Source: Mycobacterium leprae TN (lineage in GTDB: Bacteria > Actinomycetota > Actinomycetes > Mycobacteriales > Mycobacteriaceae). From it: a DNA stretch of 32,000 bases. A model generated the notes under the pieces. It worked only from the letters and a program-made list of their open reading frames with translations. It made no database searches and was not told the DNA's origin. This document shows positions 9,385 to 21,563 of this stretch, in pieces (position 1 is the first letter of the stretch; each line of letters starts with the position of its first letter). Position numbers and translations under genes: made by a program. The stretch lies in the NCBI RefSeq assembly GCF_000195855.1, contig NC_002677.1, positions 1,740,001-1,772,000 on the forward strand, given 5' to 3'.

Positions 9385-10795
9385 CTAGTCTATCACCGCG
9401 GCAAGCTGTTTGGCGGAACACCATTCGCGCATAGTGACCACCTTCTTGGTAGCTCGGCACCGCCAAGTTGTGACTGTCCCATAGGTATTTGGGCTCAAAA
9501 TTCACCCAGTGCTCCTGCTGGTTGGTAGTCACCATGTAAACTGGCATATTAACGGCCGGACCCGGTAGTTGATGTGCCCGTTCCCCAACACCAGCAGCGA
9601 GCTGGGTGACAGCAATGCATTCAGGTGAATTCACATGAACGAGATGAATGCGTTGCCGTCGTAGAAACGCTCGTCTCTCAAGCTGTAGAAACCACCTCCC
9701 GAATGATCCCCTGGATCGCCATAGCCAGGTTGGCATCTGGGGAAAACATGTGGGTCACCTCATCGGTGGTGTCAATGAATACGAAGACACGAACGCTTAA
9801 GTACTGTCTGCTTCAGAGCGTGTACCAGTAGCAAAGTGAAGCGGCTAATCATTCCGAGCACGCGGGACGAGGTTTAGCCAGCACTGCTTCGATTAGCATG
9901 CCAACGATCGACATCGACTTACACAGCGTCTTACACAGATCTACCGACCCGGCGCGGGCGTGCCGCTGACGGGCTACCAGCCGGGATGCGAGCGTACGAG
10001 CCAGCAGAGCCCCCCATCCAGCGCATCTGGCGCAGCTGATCACCTGAGGTACGCAAGAACTCGACGTTTTCCGACAGCTCGTGTATGCTATCCACTTCGG
10101 ATATGGTCGTGGCCAAGTTACCTAGTAGTTGTGCCACTTGTTCTCGGATTCCGCTATACTACGAATCTGCGCGATCCTTTGCTCTGCAAGGGATTTAGCG
10201 CTCTTCTACTGGGTAGTTGTGGGCTCTTCGTCATAACGGGTTAACAGCCCCGTGAGCAGCTTGCTTTCCAGTGCATCCAGCACCATTGCCTTAACCGCCT
10301 GACACGGTGAAAACTACGGACCGCGACTAGAGTTGTATTTGCCTTTCGCCTCCAGATCCGCGGGATCATCCCCACTAGCCGCTCATCCATGTAAGCGAGG
10401 TCTGTCTTGTCGGTGAGCAGGTCCAACAGCAGCTGGCGCGTTGCCTCGAACGTCGTCAGGTAGCAAACTGCCGTAGCCGGACCCTACTGCTTCTTCGTTT
10501 ATGAACACTGCGCATGCGCCCAATGCCGTCGGAACCCACAAATCGAACATGGTGTCGTAGGTGTCGCGGTGATCTGACTAGCGCAGCACCGCACAGGCGA
10601 TACTCCGCGCGGAGCATCTTACGGTCACCCAGACCAAGAGTTTCCAGCACCTGGCCGGCATCTATCGTCTCAGAAGGACCCAACGAAATCCCTTGCTGGC
10701 GAGTCTCTCCCCCGAACTCAACCAAGTGGAAGGACAGCCTGTGCGGGGCGAGCGATCGAGTGGAGCAGATGCAGTTGGTAGCCATTAAGTAGACC
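9385..10795 (-). pseudogene. vWA-domain (CoxE-like, Rv2425c-like) protein pseudogene
   Basis: ISLGPSETIDAGQVLETLGLGDR, HRDTYDTMFDLWVPTALGA, NVEFLRTSGDQLRQMR, RQRHARAGSVDLCKTLCKSM, FTFVFIDTTDEVTHMFSPDANLAMAIQGI, NFEPKYLWDSHNLAVPSYQE, AKQLAAVID* occur in order on the reverse strand across frames. Confidence 0.75.
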
Positions 10796-11748
10796 GTATA
10801 ACTTAATTCAACCCCCAGCTCCCCCATAGCGCGTTGCTGGTCGCATTGATGCTTGAGGACCACGCCGAGTATGGCAGCCACAGCAGCGTCGTCTATGGTG
10901 TCCAGACCCAGTGCGAACATCGTACGACCCCAGCCGATAGTCTCCAGCGATGGACGGACACCTTCTTGAGCCGCATCCCGCGTAGCACGCCGATGATCCG
11001 TACCCGCTCCTTGGCAAGGCGCTTAGACAGCTCGGGGACTCGAGACAACAGAATCCGGCGTTCCAGTTCAGGGCTAAGGAAGTCACGTGTAAAAACAAGC
11101 AACGGCGCTTGAGCTCCTCAGACAGTTCGCGGGTGGCATTGGAGGTTAACCACCACAAACGGCGCCCGGACCGCGGTGAGGTACCCAGTTCGAAGATCGT
11201 ACCGCGAAGTCGGACAGCGCGTCTAGCAGCACGCATTCACTCTCGATGTCGACCTTCTCAGTTGCGTCGATCAACAGCATCGTCGGTTCGATGTGCCGGA
11301 TCGCAGTCAGCAACGAACGCGGCAGCAGAAACTCTTCGCTGAACGCAGCATCTTTCGTACGATCCCAATCGCTGCCGTCTCCGGAATCGGCCTGAATGAG
11401 CAGGATCTGTTTGGCGTAATTCCACTCAAATATAACGCACGAGATACAGTGCACGAGCCTCATCGACCCCTTCGTAGCACTGCAGCCGGACCAGACCAGA
11501 GCTCGGTAGCCTGAGCGACTGCATGGCCCAACTCGGTCTTGCCGACTGCCAGCTAGGCCTTCCACCAGCAAAGGATTACCCAACCGGTCGGCGAGAAACA
11601 CCGCCGTAGCGGTGGCAGTGTCTGGCAGGTGGACCGGTCTCAGCCAATCACCGCGAGACGTCGGGGATATCGACCAAGAGACATGGGACGAGCTGGCACA
11701 GTCACAATCGTATGCTCCCAAGCTGGTTGTGTCCGGCGAATATCGAAG
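10796..11748 (-). pseudogene. MoxR-type AAA+ ATPase (Rv2426c-like) pseudogene
   Basis: TATAVFLADRLGNPLLVEGLAG, EWNYAKQILLIQADSGDGSDWD, FSEEFLLPRSLLTAIRHIEPTMLLID, LTSNATRELSEELKRRCLFLHV, LERRILLSRVPEL, LRGMRLKK, GLDTIDDAAVAAILGVVLKHQCDQQRAMG across frames. Confidence 0.88.
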
Positions 11749-11750
11749 GG

Positions 11751-13010
11751 TCAGGCCGGTCGGATCTGACCGTCTCCCCACACGATCCACTTAGTCGAGG
11801 TCATTTCCGACAGTCCCATTGGTCCACGGGCATGCAATTTCTGGGTGGAGATACCGATCTCGGCGCCGAAACCGAACTGCCCACCATCAGTGAACGCCGT
11901 CGATGCGTTGACCATCACCGTGGCCGAGTCCACTCCGTCGGCAAACCGTTGGGCGGCAGCCATATTGGTGGTCACAATCGCCTCGGTGTGTCCGGTGCCG
12001 TACTCATTGATGTGGGCAATTGCGGCGTCGACGCCATCGACCACCGCCACGGCAATGTCCATCGACAGGTATTCGCGACACAGGTCAGCCTTGTCCGGGT
12101 CTCCCGAAAGACCACCGTGCACCGTTACTCCGGCACCTTGCAAGGCAGCGACCAACCTAGGCATAGTGTGATCGGCAATCGCTGCATCGATCAACAGCGT
12201 CTCGGCAGCATTGCAGACACTGGGCCGACGGGTCTTGGAGTTCAGCAGGATCCGTTCGGCAACCTCCAGGTCAGCAGCCTGATGCACGTAGACGTGACAG
12301 TTGCCGACACCGGTCTCGATAATAGGCACTTGCGCGTCACGGACCACCGCATCAATCAGGTTCGCTCCCCCGCGCGGGATCACCACATCCACCAGGCCGC
12401 GAGCTTGGATCAGGTGGGTGACCGTGGATCTATCGGCAGCTGAAAGCAGCTGGACCGCGTCGGCGGGCAAGTCTTCGCTAACCAACGCAGCGTGCAACAC
12501 CTCTACGAGCGCTTGGTTGGACTTCGCCGCTGACGAGCTGCCACGCAGCAACGCCGCATTACCTGACTTGAACGCCAGTCCGAAAGCGTCAACGGTGATG
12601 TTAGGCCGGCCCTCGTAGATCATACCCACTACGCCGAGTGGAACCCGCTGCTGGCGCAACTGCAGCCCATTAGGTAGCGTGTAACCGCGCAACACCTCCC
12701 CGATCGGGTCGGGCAACGCCGCGACTTGACGCAAACCGCCCGCGATTTGGTCAATGCGTTGCCTATCCAAAGCTAACCTGTCGAGCGTCGCGGCCAGTGT
12801 GTCGGTGGCCCGAGCCGCCTGCAGATCTTCGGCGTTGGCCGCGAGGATCTCCTCGGTGTGAGCAGTTACCGCCGTTGCTGCGGCCCGCAGTGCATGGTCC
12901 TTAGCTACCGTCGGCATAACTGCGAGAGCGCGAGCAGCGACCCGGGCTCGCCGGGCAGCATCGTGGACTTCTTGACGCAAGTTGGTACGCGATGGTGCTT
13001 CAAGACTCAT
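11751..13010 (-). CDS. proA: Gamma-glutamyl phosphate reductase
   Basis: Intact ORF: [126 protein letters not shown]. Start taken at [15 protein letters not shown]. Confidence 0.94.
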
Positions 13011-13449
13011 CAATTCAGGGTATCGGGCTTTCCTTGGCCAGCTACGACCGCCCGTTAGTCGGGGGCCAGTATCAGGGCGATGCAAACAGCCTGCCCGCCA
13101 TGACGGCCCCACAACGCCATGTTTCCGCTCTACCACCATCATAGACAGATAGCCGTCAAATTCCGGTTATGTTCGAAATTCCCGGAGTCACAGGCCCTAT
13201 GGAAAATCGCCGATCGATTTGGATTCAATGCATTTGGGGTTACGACCACTTATACGAGAAGACATACACGGGCTGCCATGACAGTGACCGCTGAACGAGT
13301 GCGAATCAGCTTCCCGGTAATTCGGCATGCCTTATCGGAATCCGGCGATTCTCGCCAAAATGACGGTCAGAGTCGACCACATTTCCTGGGGAAGCACGTG
13401 AACTTCCGAACCGGTGCGGGATAGCACAAAGACTAGCACCGCGGCTACA

Positions 13450-13900
13450 AATCGATTTGCCGAGCCTGGACACCCGGGTCGCGATGCTCGAATGAAGCGC
13501 TGACTGCGATCAGCAGGCTCTGGGCCGAAGAGTCGGTGACCTTATACCGGACGCTTCCTTAACCTCCGATAACGCATTGCATTGTACGACCCCAAACCAC
13601 TTAAGGTCCCACACCCGCCTATTGTGATCGACGGCTCAGAACCAAAGATTCTGCGGGTCATTGCACACCACGCCGGCGAATGCAACATGCCCAGCTACGA
13701 CGGTCCCGAGGAATGGGACGTTGCGAACGCTAGCCTGAACACCGCATACACCGAAATCGGTCACGACCCAACGAAATACCTACACTCCGCACAAGTGCAC
13801 CTGACCTCGACGGTGGCAGGCCAAGGCGATGAGCAACTGGTGATATTGCCGGAATTCAAGCGAATCGACTGCGAGTACTTAGATCACTTCATCAGTTCCG
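13450..13900 (+). pseudogene. LLM-class F420-dependent oxidoreductase pseudogene (fragment)
   Basis: WAEESVTLYTGRFLNL-like text, then DPKPLKVPHPPIVIDGSEPKILRVIAHHAGECNMPSYDGPEEWDVANASLNTAYTEIGHDPTK, the luciferase-like family C-terminal region; boundaries approximate. Confidence 0.65.
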
Positions 13901-13929
13901 TCTATCGACATCGTGCCGACCTGCGTGAA

Positions 13930-15976
13930 ATGTCGAACGTCTCGCATCATTTTAGTATATCTGCGAGCAGACATAGATGCCGAGCTGCGGTGAGCCACTG
14001 TGTATTCGATAGGCGAGAATGACCACACCACCTCAACATATCATAGACAAGACCGGAACGACCCTTCAACTTGCTGACGACGTTGCCTATGTTAACTAAA
14101 TCTAAAAGCGTAACTAATGGCCCGGATTGGCTATTGAATCTATCGATGATTCGCCATAGTTCCACTGCAAAAAACGACGCATCCCTGAACGCTATCCAGT
14201 CGTGGAGTCGTTAAACTACAGTTAACAAGGTAGCCATTGCGAAACATACACATAATTTTGATTCCAAGGGTTTCAGCAGCCGCATCAAAATTCCGAAATA
14301 ATTAATCTACAATCCAGACCAATTCATCGCCCGATAGATTGTTGGAAATATCATTGATCCCAACGTTGTAAGCAAAGATGATGGCCACGTCCTGGTGTTT
14401 TTGTTCAATGGTCTCCTTATCATCGCCATACCGTTGCACAACCGACTCGGGAGTCAGTACCAACAACAGCTGGTTGTCTGCCTTGCGTTGCTCGTTGAGC
14501 AGCTCTTCTTTGATCGCTAGATTCGGACTCATCTCGTTGAAAGTAGCAGTGATATAAAAGATTTCGTTGCGTGAAATTACCGACATACCGACGGTGTAGT
14601 CGCCGTAATTGATCTTCTACATGAGCTCCTCTAGCCTCCGGATAGGCCGCAAAAATATTTTGGGCAAGCAACAGCGACGGCGACTCGCCACCGCCAGTGT
14701 CTTGTCGAACTTATTTAGCTACGCAAAAGCATCCGAATCGTCTCGGGTCGTCGGAATCGATCAGTTCAGATCGGAGTTCGGCACTGTCAACGGGGCTTGA
14801 GGTTCCATGCCCCTATAGTCAGTAGCGGTGACGGTTCCAGTCTGTCCACGTTGGGCAGCGAAAAGAGTCGCACCTGGAACCGACTGCACCAGCGTCGTGC
14901 CACCCAACTGGATAGCTGTGTCTACGACGTCGTAGTGAAATACCGGTAGCCACCGCCTCGCGCCGGTATTCCTGCGGAGTCTTCCAAGAAGAACCGTGAA
15001 TCCAAACGCATCAAATTGTCGAAGACGACCAAATATGTCTGAGTCAATGGGACCATGCCGGTAGCTTCCCAATGTTTGTCAGCAGTCATGATCTTATTGC
15101 TCTCCGAAATCGGCAGCGGCAAAGCCATGACACCTTCGATCTAGCCGTTCATTCGAACTGGCTACACCACCCACGCGGTGGGAGCATCAAGTTGAGGCTA
15201 ATCTTCCTGGAAGTCGGTGATCCAGAAAAAATCGACATCGTTGGACCGTAATGCTTTTGGTACACGCCTCGCGGGTTATTATTCACGATAGGGGCTAATC
15301 AGGATATTGGTTCCGAAGTCGGTGACTGTGTCGACCGAGTAAACAACGTTGCCCTGCATGTTCAGCAACAGTGCACCTCGATATTCAAAATAGGTGGCAA
15401 TATCGCGGAGGCAAAAATTGTAGCAGGAATTAACTGCCGATCATGCACGGCCGTCTCAAACGTCCTCAATAGCCACCGCAACCGGATACCAACGTGAACA
15501 GTGCCGTGTATTACACCTGAAATTATTTCTTCTGGGCAATGAAATTCAGCAGAAAAGCATTAAGATAGATTGTGTCACCGGTGATCTGATTGATCATATT
15601 ATTGTTGTAATAGTTAACAATCCTCTGTTGTGGAGGAGAATTGATCGTCATATCGAGGATACCGAACCTATTGCTGTAGATAACCAGCAAATCCATCACC
15701 TCATCACACAACGCCTCTACCGGTCGTTTCTATAACTCATGAAATTCGACCAAATCACTCGGATTCGACTTGCCGCAATGCATTGCGACCGAATAAAGCA
15801 ACGATGACACCACCACACCCAACGACAGCACACTGCAGACCAACAGCTTGGACTGGACGCCCACCCGGAAAAGCCGAAAAAAGGTACCTACCCTTACGGT
15901 CCTGCTGCATCCTTCTCTCCTGAGCTGGAGGGTTTCTGCCTAGGGTTCCGATGTCTGTTAGCTTACTGGCTGTCAA
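13930..15976 (-). pseudogene. Membrane adenylate cyclase (Rv2435c-like; sensor + HAMP + class III cyclase) pseudogene
   Basis: Reverse strand fragments: SPPQQRIVNYYNNNMINQITGDTIYLNAFL, YFEYRGALLLNMQGNVVYSVDTVTDFG, RSNDVDFFWITDFQED, LPLPISESNKIMTADKHWEATGM, FNEMSPNLAIKEELLNEQR, VVQRYGDDKETIEQKHQDVAIIFAYNVGI, RIIDRFNSQSG, KGRSGLVYDM, in cyclase order across frames. Confidence 0.82.
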
Positions 15977-16224
15977 CCGCCTTCCTACATCTCTCTGGCC
16001 AAACTCAGCATCGACTAACGCAACAGACTAGCGCGCGAACCTCAAGACCAAAGGGCCAAACGCGGGTGCTTCAAATCACCCTTGTGTACGCGTCTTTGCC
16101 TCAAAAGTCATTGTAATGCATATTTCGATCACATGCATTCGTACCAGACGATGATCGAAATATCACGCATTTATCGTTGTTGCGTATTATTACCGATATG
16201 CCGATTATCGCGTGGCGCTGGTGT

Positions 16225-16423
16225 ATGACACCACCGATCTGGGTAAACACATCCGAAGAGTCCGTTCAATAAGGACTGTCAACAGGATGAACTCACCAAG
16301 CGTATCGACTTGACCCGCATGACCATCTCTCGGATCGAGTGCAGATAGTCTGTTCGCAGTGAACACTGGGCTACGCGCGCCCTGAGTGCGGCACCGCACT
16401 GGCGTTAGTACCGCAATTTTCTC
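16225..16423 (+). pseudogene. HipB-like (XRE HTH) antitoxin relic
   Basis: TTDLGKHIRRVR then shifted frame DELTKRIDLTRMTISRIE, an XRE helix-turn-helix-like segment directly upstream of the HipA relic. Confidence 0.6.
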
Positions 16424-17745
16424 ATGTGGCGGTGCTCTATGACGCGTAGAGCGCTCGACGTGGAGCTGTACGGCATGCACATCGCCTGGCTCAGCAAGCT
16501 GGGTCACTTTCGACTGCATTTGAACTTCACCAAGAAGGCCCTGAACTTCTTCGGAGAGGTCAGCCGGGTGCTGTCGCTGGCATTGCCGATCTCACAGCGA
16601 CCCGTGCACGATGCATGCGGCGCGACCGGGGCACAAGATATTAAGATATTAAGCGTGCATCGAAAGTCTTTTCCCGAAGACAATCTGCGCCGTCACCTCA
16701 TTTCAGCGGCCGGTATTTCGGTGACCGACACGATGTGTATACTTGCGTCAGTCGATGAGGAATGTGTGGGAACTATCCAACTTTTCACAGACAGCGTGAC
16801 TCCCGATGCTGGTCGTGTCTGCCGATTAAAACAAGTAGGAGGTGACCGAACTGGTAGCGAAATTACTTACTTACCTACCAATTTTCCTACTGGTGCGACG
16901 CCACAAGTATCGCTGGCTAGCTTCCAGGGCAAAGTCTTGAGTTAGTAGGCAATTCCCGACGGCTGGTGGTGCTGCCCAAAGGCCGGCACTGCGTCGACGC
17001 ATATCACAAGCCCGAACCGCTTGGTGGTGCGATAACACACCTAATCCAAGTCGAGTATTTGGGCGTTACCATTAACGCGTACAACGGAGGTGAATGCGGC
17101 AAAGTCACTTCTGGAGCGGTTCGACAAGCGCAAGGCGATTGTCATGACCAGCTATGACCGCAACCCGACGAGCGAATGACTACATCGGTAGGGCTTCTGC
17201 CAAGCTCTGGGACTTGATCCGTAAGCCATGCATGAAAAAACCAGCGAAGCAAGATTTTTGGGAACACGGGTCGGTTAGCAAGCGGCAGCATCCAGGGCTC
17301 ACGATCCGAATGCGTTCCAACTGGAGCTGTTGCAAGCGATCACGTTTAACGTCGTAGTCAACAATAGCGACGTTTACTCGAAGAACTATTCTGTGATGAT
17401 TGATAGCAACGAGAGCGTGTCTATGACGGAGCGCCGTAGTGCACCTGAATCCCTGATTCAGGGAATAAGGTAAGTGATTAACGGTAAGAACAGCATTGAC
17501 ACGATTGATCCCAACGATCTGGCGGCTGAAACGGCGTCTTGGAGTATGAGGGGCGGCACGCGGCTGCAGCGGTCTGTTCGTGCATGGAGCAGGTGCAGCC
17601 TAACCTGGAGCTCCTCTGGGAGAGGCGATCATGTACGAAAGCGAAAAACTCTGCTCAGTCAACGTGACTGGCTGAAATATGAGGGCAAACACCGTCCGGG
17701 CTCTCCACGACGCACGTCTGCACAACAAAATGCAGCAGTGAGGCC
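16424..17745 (+). pseudogene. HipA-like kinase toxin relic
   Basis: RRALDVELYGMHIAWL, RVLSLALPISQRPV, FPEDNLRRHLISAAGISVTDTMCILASVDEECVGTIQL, ATPQVSLASFQGKVL, ITFNVVVNNSDVYSKNYSVMIDSN, VINGKNSIDTIDPNDLAAETASW follow HipA domain order with frameshifts and stops. Confidence 0.8.
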
Positions 17746-17799
17746 ATTGTGTGATTGATATTAACCTCGGTTAGCTTCTGCAGCATGACGGCATGTGTC

Positions 17800-18510
17800 T
17801 GCATGGTAGGGGGTGTAAACATGGTATCTGCCGTTCGACGTTGCTCGGCTTCCCCCTCCGGGCGAAAGTCGTTAACCTACACACCTCGCGGCAAAGGCGG
17901 TAATTAAACCCTAGCAGCAGCGCGTGCGCCAGTACAGTTCATCAGCGCAGTCGGCAACAACCTTGCCGCTGAACGATTGGCGAGTACATCTCCTGACCAA
18001 CGATGTTGGCCTGGAGGGAACTGGCAACGTGCCCGGACCGAGCAGCACAGCAGTTATCTGTAGTCGACGCCAGTGCCGAGAAAACCATCTTTTAGCGCTA
18101 GGCATGAACAGTCAGCTGACACTCGTTGATGCGGCCACACAGCAAATCCGGTCAGCCGTAGCGGTCTTCACGGCCAATGTTTCACCGGCAGGACCGCATA
18201 CAGGACCGCTGGCTGAACTGGCTTCCCTCGCCGACGTCGTGATCGAAAACAAATCTGAGGAGCGCAAATGACCTTGGTCGCCAAGCCATATTGGTGCGAG
18301 GTGATGCGTTAGCAATATACTCTCCGGTAGTTGCCGCGGTGGATACCACCGGAGCCGGCGACGTGTTCGCCAGAGTCCTGGCAACGAAATGGCCGCGCAC
18401 CGAGACCAAGCCCGAGCTTTAAGACTCAGCGGTTGCCCATCGTGGGGCATAGCTGCGCAGCAGGCGCGCTCGCGACACTGCTACCCGGCACCGGTGGACC
18501 GCACACTTGA
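17800..18510 (+). pseudogene. rbsK: rbsK-like (PfkB-family ribokinase, Rv2436-like) pseudogene
   Basis: TPRGKGGN*TLAAARA, QFISAVGNNLAAE, HLLTNDVGLEGTGNVPGPSSTAVI, ANVSPAGPHTGPLAELASLADVVIENKSEE and AAVDTTGAGDVFARVLATKWPR (PfkB signature), in shifted frames. Confidence 0.85.
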
Positions 18511-18619
18511 TTCCGACGCGATCGAAAGAAGCATACAACGAAAACCACTGCCGCCGACATTGCTCTGATGCTATTCCCGGTTTTCATCGTGCTGGAATTC
18601 TGCTAGCATAGTTGATTAT

Positions 18620-18850
18620 ATGCACCGTAGTACCAGATCTACCGAATTATGTAGCACCAACCTCCGCATTGGTTCACTGGAATGGATGGCTGGGGGTGGG
18701 CTTTGTCATCACACTGAAGATGGCAGTTATCTACCTAATCCTGTATCAGGATAACGTTATTGAAATTTTCAATGTGCTGCGGTCAGCTAGATTAAGGTCG
18801 CCGAGACCCTCGTCACGCTTGCCGGGATAGCATCGAAGGTTTACCCGCAA
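18620..18850 (+). pseudogene. Probable relic of a small membrane protein (Rv2437 position)
   Basis: NYVAPTSALVHWNGWLGVGFVITLKMAVIYLILYQDNVIEI: hydrophobic, located between the rbsK relic and nadE as in M. tuberculosis gene order. Assignment is mainly positional. Confidence 0.4.
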
Positions 18851-19304
18851 CTGCAGATCGACGATTCCTGGTGAATCGGCGTGGATGAACGGGAAACCAC
18901 GACGTTGGTGCGCATCGGTGTATTCGGGTGAGTGCGCAATCATATCGACACCGACACATTCATATATCTACTCGTGATTGCTTTGTTGACAAAGAATTTC
19001 GTTGTCATTCCAAGGTGCCCCCTGCTCGTCTTCACGACCTAGGTACAAGTCCACAGCGTCTAAGAACCCTACATGCTTCGGACGCGCTACGGTGCTTATC
19101 GCTGCTTGCTACACCACCACCGTCGGCCAGTTCATCCCTAGTGCCAGATTGATCCGCTAACGACACTCGACGCACATCATGCGCGATGGCCAGACCGGCA
19201 CCGGTTTAACGGCTGCGGTTCGACACTAACAGCACCGACAAATAGTGACCCGAAGTAGCCCAGCTAGGAAAGCCCTCCTGATCTGGAAGACGCACCGTAA
19301 CCGG

Positions 19305-21347
19305 CTACTCTTCGGGCACTTCGCGCTCGATCTCGTCGAGCCAGATCCGTGCGGACATATCTGACGGGGCTCGCCAATCCCCACGCGGCGATAACGCTCC
19401 TCCATGAGACACCTTGGGGCCATTGGGCAGCGCTGATCTTTTGAACTGACTGAACGAATAGAAACGTTGCACAAAAATCTGCAGCCAATGCCTAATTTCC
19501 TTAAGTGAGTAGGACAATCGTTTATCTTCTGGGAATCCAGGTGGCCACTTGCCGCAATTGGGATCGCTCCAAGCGTGCCAGGTCAGGAAAGCGATCTTCG
19601 ATGGACGAAATCCGTACCGCAAGACCTGAAACAACGAAAAATCTTGTAGGGCAAACGGACCAACCTTTGCTTCAGTGCTCTGAAGTTTTTCTTCACCATC
19701 GCTTGGAATAAGTTCCGGAGTGATCTCGGTGTCGAGCACCGACTGCAGCACCTTATCGACCTGCTCCTCGAATTGACTCGAGGCAATGACCCAGCGGATC
19801 AGGTGTTGCACCAATGTCTTTGGAACACCAGCATTGATATTATAGTGGGACATTTGATCACCCACACCGTAGGTCGACCAACCCAGCCCCAGCTCTGACA
19901 GGTCACCGGTGCCGAGCACGATGCCACCATGCTGGTTGGCCAGCCGAAAGAGATAATCGGTGCGCACTCCTGCCTGGACGTTCTCGAAAGTGACATCGTA
20001 GGAAACCTCGCCGCGTGAGAACGGATGACCGATTTTTTTCAGCATCAACGTTGCGGTGTCTCTGATATCTATTTCCGTGAAAGTAACACCCAGTGCGCGA
20101 CACAGCTCGGTGGCATTGCTTTTGGTGCGATCTCCGGTCACGAACCCGGGCAGCGTGAATGCGAGAATGTCGCTGCGCGGGCGTCCTTCCCGGTCCATTG
20201 CGCGCGCGGCGACGATCAGCGCATGTGTCGAATCTAGCCCGCCAGAAACTCCGATTACAACCTTCGGGTAGTCCAACGCACGCAACCGTTGTTCAAGCCC
20301 GGAAACTTGGATATTGTAAGCCTCGTAGCAATCTTGCTGTAAACGCTGCGGATCGGCTGGGACAAAAGGAAAACGCTCAACCTCCCGCAACAATCCGATG
20401 TTGCCGACCGGCGGCTCGAGCCGAAACTCAATGCGCCGGAATGGCTCAACTAACGCTCGGTGACGGCGACGGTTGTCGTTGAAGGTGCCCATGCGCAATC
20501 GCTCGGATCGAAGCAGTTCGGTGTCGACGTCAGCGACCGAGCGGTGCTCCCCCTTGGGGAAACGCTCGGATTCCGCGAGCAGCACCCCATTCTCCCAGAT
20601 CATCGTCTGACCGTCCCAAGCCAAGTCGGTCGTGGACTCACCCTCCCCCGCAGCGGCATAGACGTAAGCGGCTAGACACCGCAACGACGCCGAGCGGGCC
20701 AGCAGGCGACGGTCTTCGGCGCGGCCGATCGTGATCGGGCTGCCCGACAGGTTCGCCAACACCGTCGCGCCTGCCAACGCGGCTTCGGCGCTGGGCGGCA
20801 CCGGCACGAACATGTCCTCGCAGATTTCAACGTGCAGCACCAAGCCGAGCAAGTCGGCCGCGGCGAACAGCAGATCAGGACCGAACGGGGCCCGCAAGTC
20901 ACCGATGCCAATGGTGCCGTGTTCGTCGTCTCCAGGTGCGAGTTGACGACGCTCGTAGAACTCCCGGTAGGTGGGCAGGTACGACTTGGGTGCCACACCG
21001 AGTACCACACCGCGGTGGATGATCACTGCGGTGTTGTAGATGCGATGCCGGTAGCGCAGCGGGGCACCAATGACCAAAACCGGCAACAGATCCGCGGAGG
21101 CCACAACGATATCGAGCACGGTGTCCTCGACAGCCTCGAGCAAAAGGTCTTGGAGCAAAATATCCTCGATCGAGTAACCGGACAACGTCAGCTCTGGGAA
21201 GACGGCCACGGCAACTCCGTCGTCGTGACACTGGCGGGCCAACCGCAAAACCGATGCAGCGTTGGTCGTCGGATCGCCGATGGAAGCGTGATGGGTGCAC
21301 GCAGCGACTCGGACAAAACCCTGGCTGTAGGAGTTGTAGAAGTCCAT
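19305..21347 (-). CDS. nadE: Glutamine-dependent NAD+ synthetase
   Basis: 680-aa ORF with nitrilase-like glutaminase domain ([26 protein letters not shown]) and synthetase P-loop [23 protein letters not shown]. Confidence 0.95.
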   Translation of the reverse strand: MDFYNSYSQGFVRVAACTHHASIGDPTTNAASVLRLARQCHDDGVAVAVFPELTLSGYSIEDILLQDLLLEAVEDTVLDIVVASADLLPVLVIGAPLRYRHRIYNTAVIIHRGVVLGVAPKSYLPTYREFYERRQLAPGDDEHGTIGIGDLRAPFGPDLLFAAADLLGLVLHVEICEDMFVPVPPSAEAALAGATVLANLSGSPITIGRAEDRRLLARSASLRCLAAYVYAAAGEGESTTDLAWDGQTMIWENGVLLAESERFPKGEHRSVADVDTELLRSERLRMGTFNDNRRRHRALVEPFRRIEFRLEPPVGNIGLLREVERFPFVPADPQRLQQDCYEAYNIQVSGLEQRLRALDYPKVVIGVSGGLDSTHALIVAARAMDREGRPRSDILAFTLPGFVTGDRTKSNATELCRALGVTFTEIDIRDTATLMLKKIGHPFSRGEVSYDVTFENVQAGVRTDYLFRLANQHGGIVLGTGDLSELGLGWSTYGVGDQMSHYNINAGVPKTLVQHLIRWVIASSQFEEQVDKVLQSVLDTEITPELIPSDGEEKLQSTEAKVGPFALQDFSLFQVLRYGFRPSKIAFLTWHAWSDPNCGKWPPGFPEDKRLSYSLKEIRHWLQIFVQRFYSFSQFKRSALPNGPKVSHGGALSPRGDWRAPSDMSARIWLDEIEREVPEE

Positions 21348-21563
21348 CGCCCTCTCATTGTCACCCGACTGGTGTCACCAAGCATTCGCCGGGTTGACAC
21401 AATGAGCTGGCAGTGCGGTACGGGCGTCCGCATAATGCCAGCGTTATTGGCGTGTCGCTGTATAAACTACGCGCCCTCGCGCAGTGGTATTGGTCCCGCA
21501 ACCACGCCGAGATCATCTGCGGCGCAGATGTATCTCGGTGCAACGAAGACGCCCTGACCCGCA

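Noticed and set aside
9242-9736. 164-aa - strand ORF as a stand-alone new protein
   Set aside because: Its central part (NFEPKYLWDSHNLAVPSYQE) fits the C-terminal vWA region of the Rv2425c-like relic; the rest is out-of-frame text.
11712-12443. 243-aa + strand ORF
   Set aside because: Antisense to proA with no protein-like motifs.
14302-14586. 95-aa ORF as an intact gene
   Set aside because: Matches the HAMP/cyclase junction of a larger adenylate cyclase with fragments on both sides, so it is part of a pseudogene.
18940-19300. Possible further pseudogene between the Rv2437-like relic and nadE
   Set aside because: Short frames with no recognisable family text; not enough to support a call.
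20832-21557. 241-aa + strand ORF opposite nadE
   Set aside because: Shadow ORF of a well-supported gene; no domain features.
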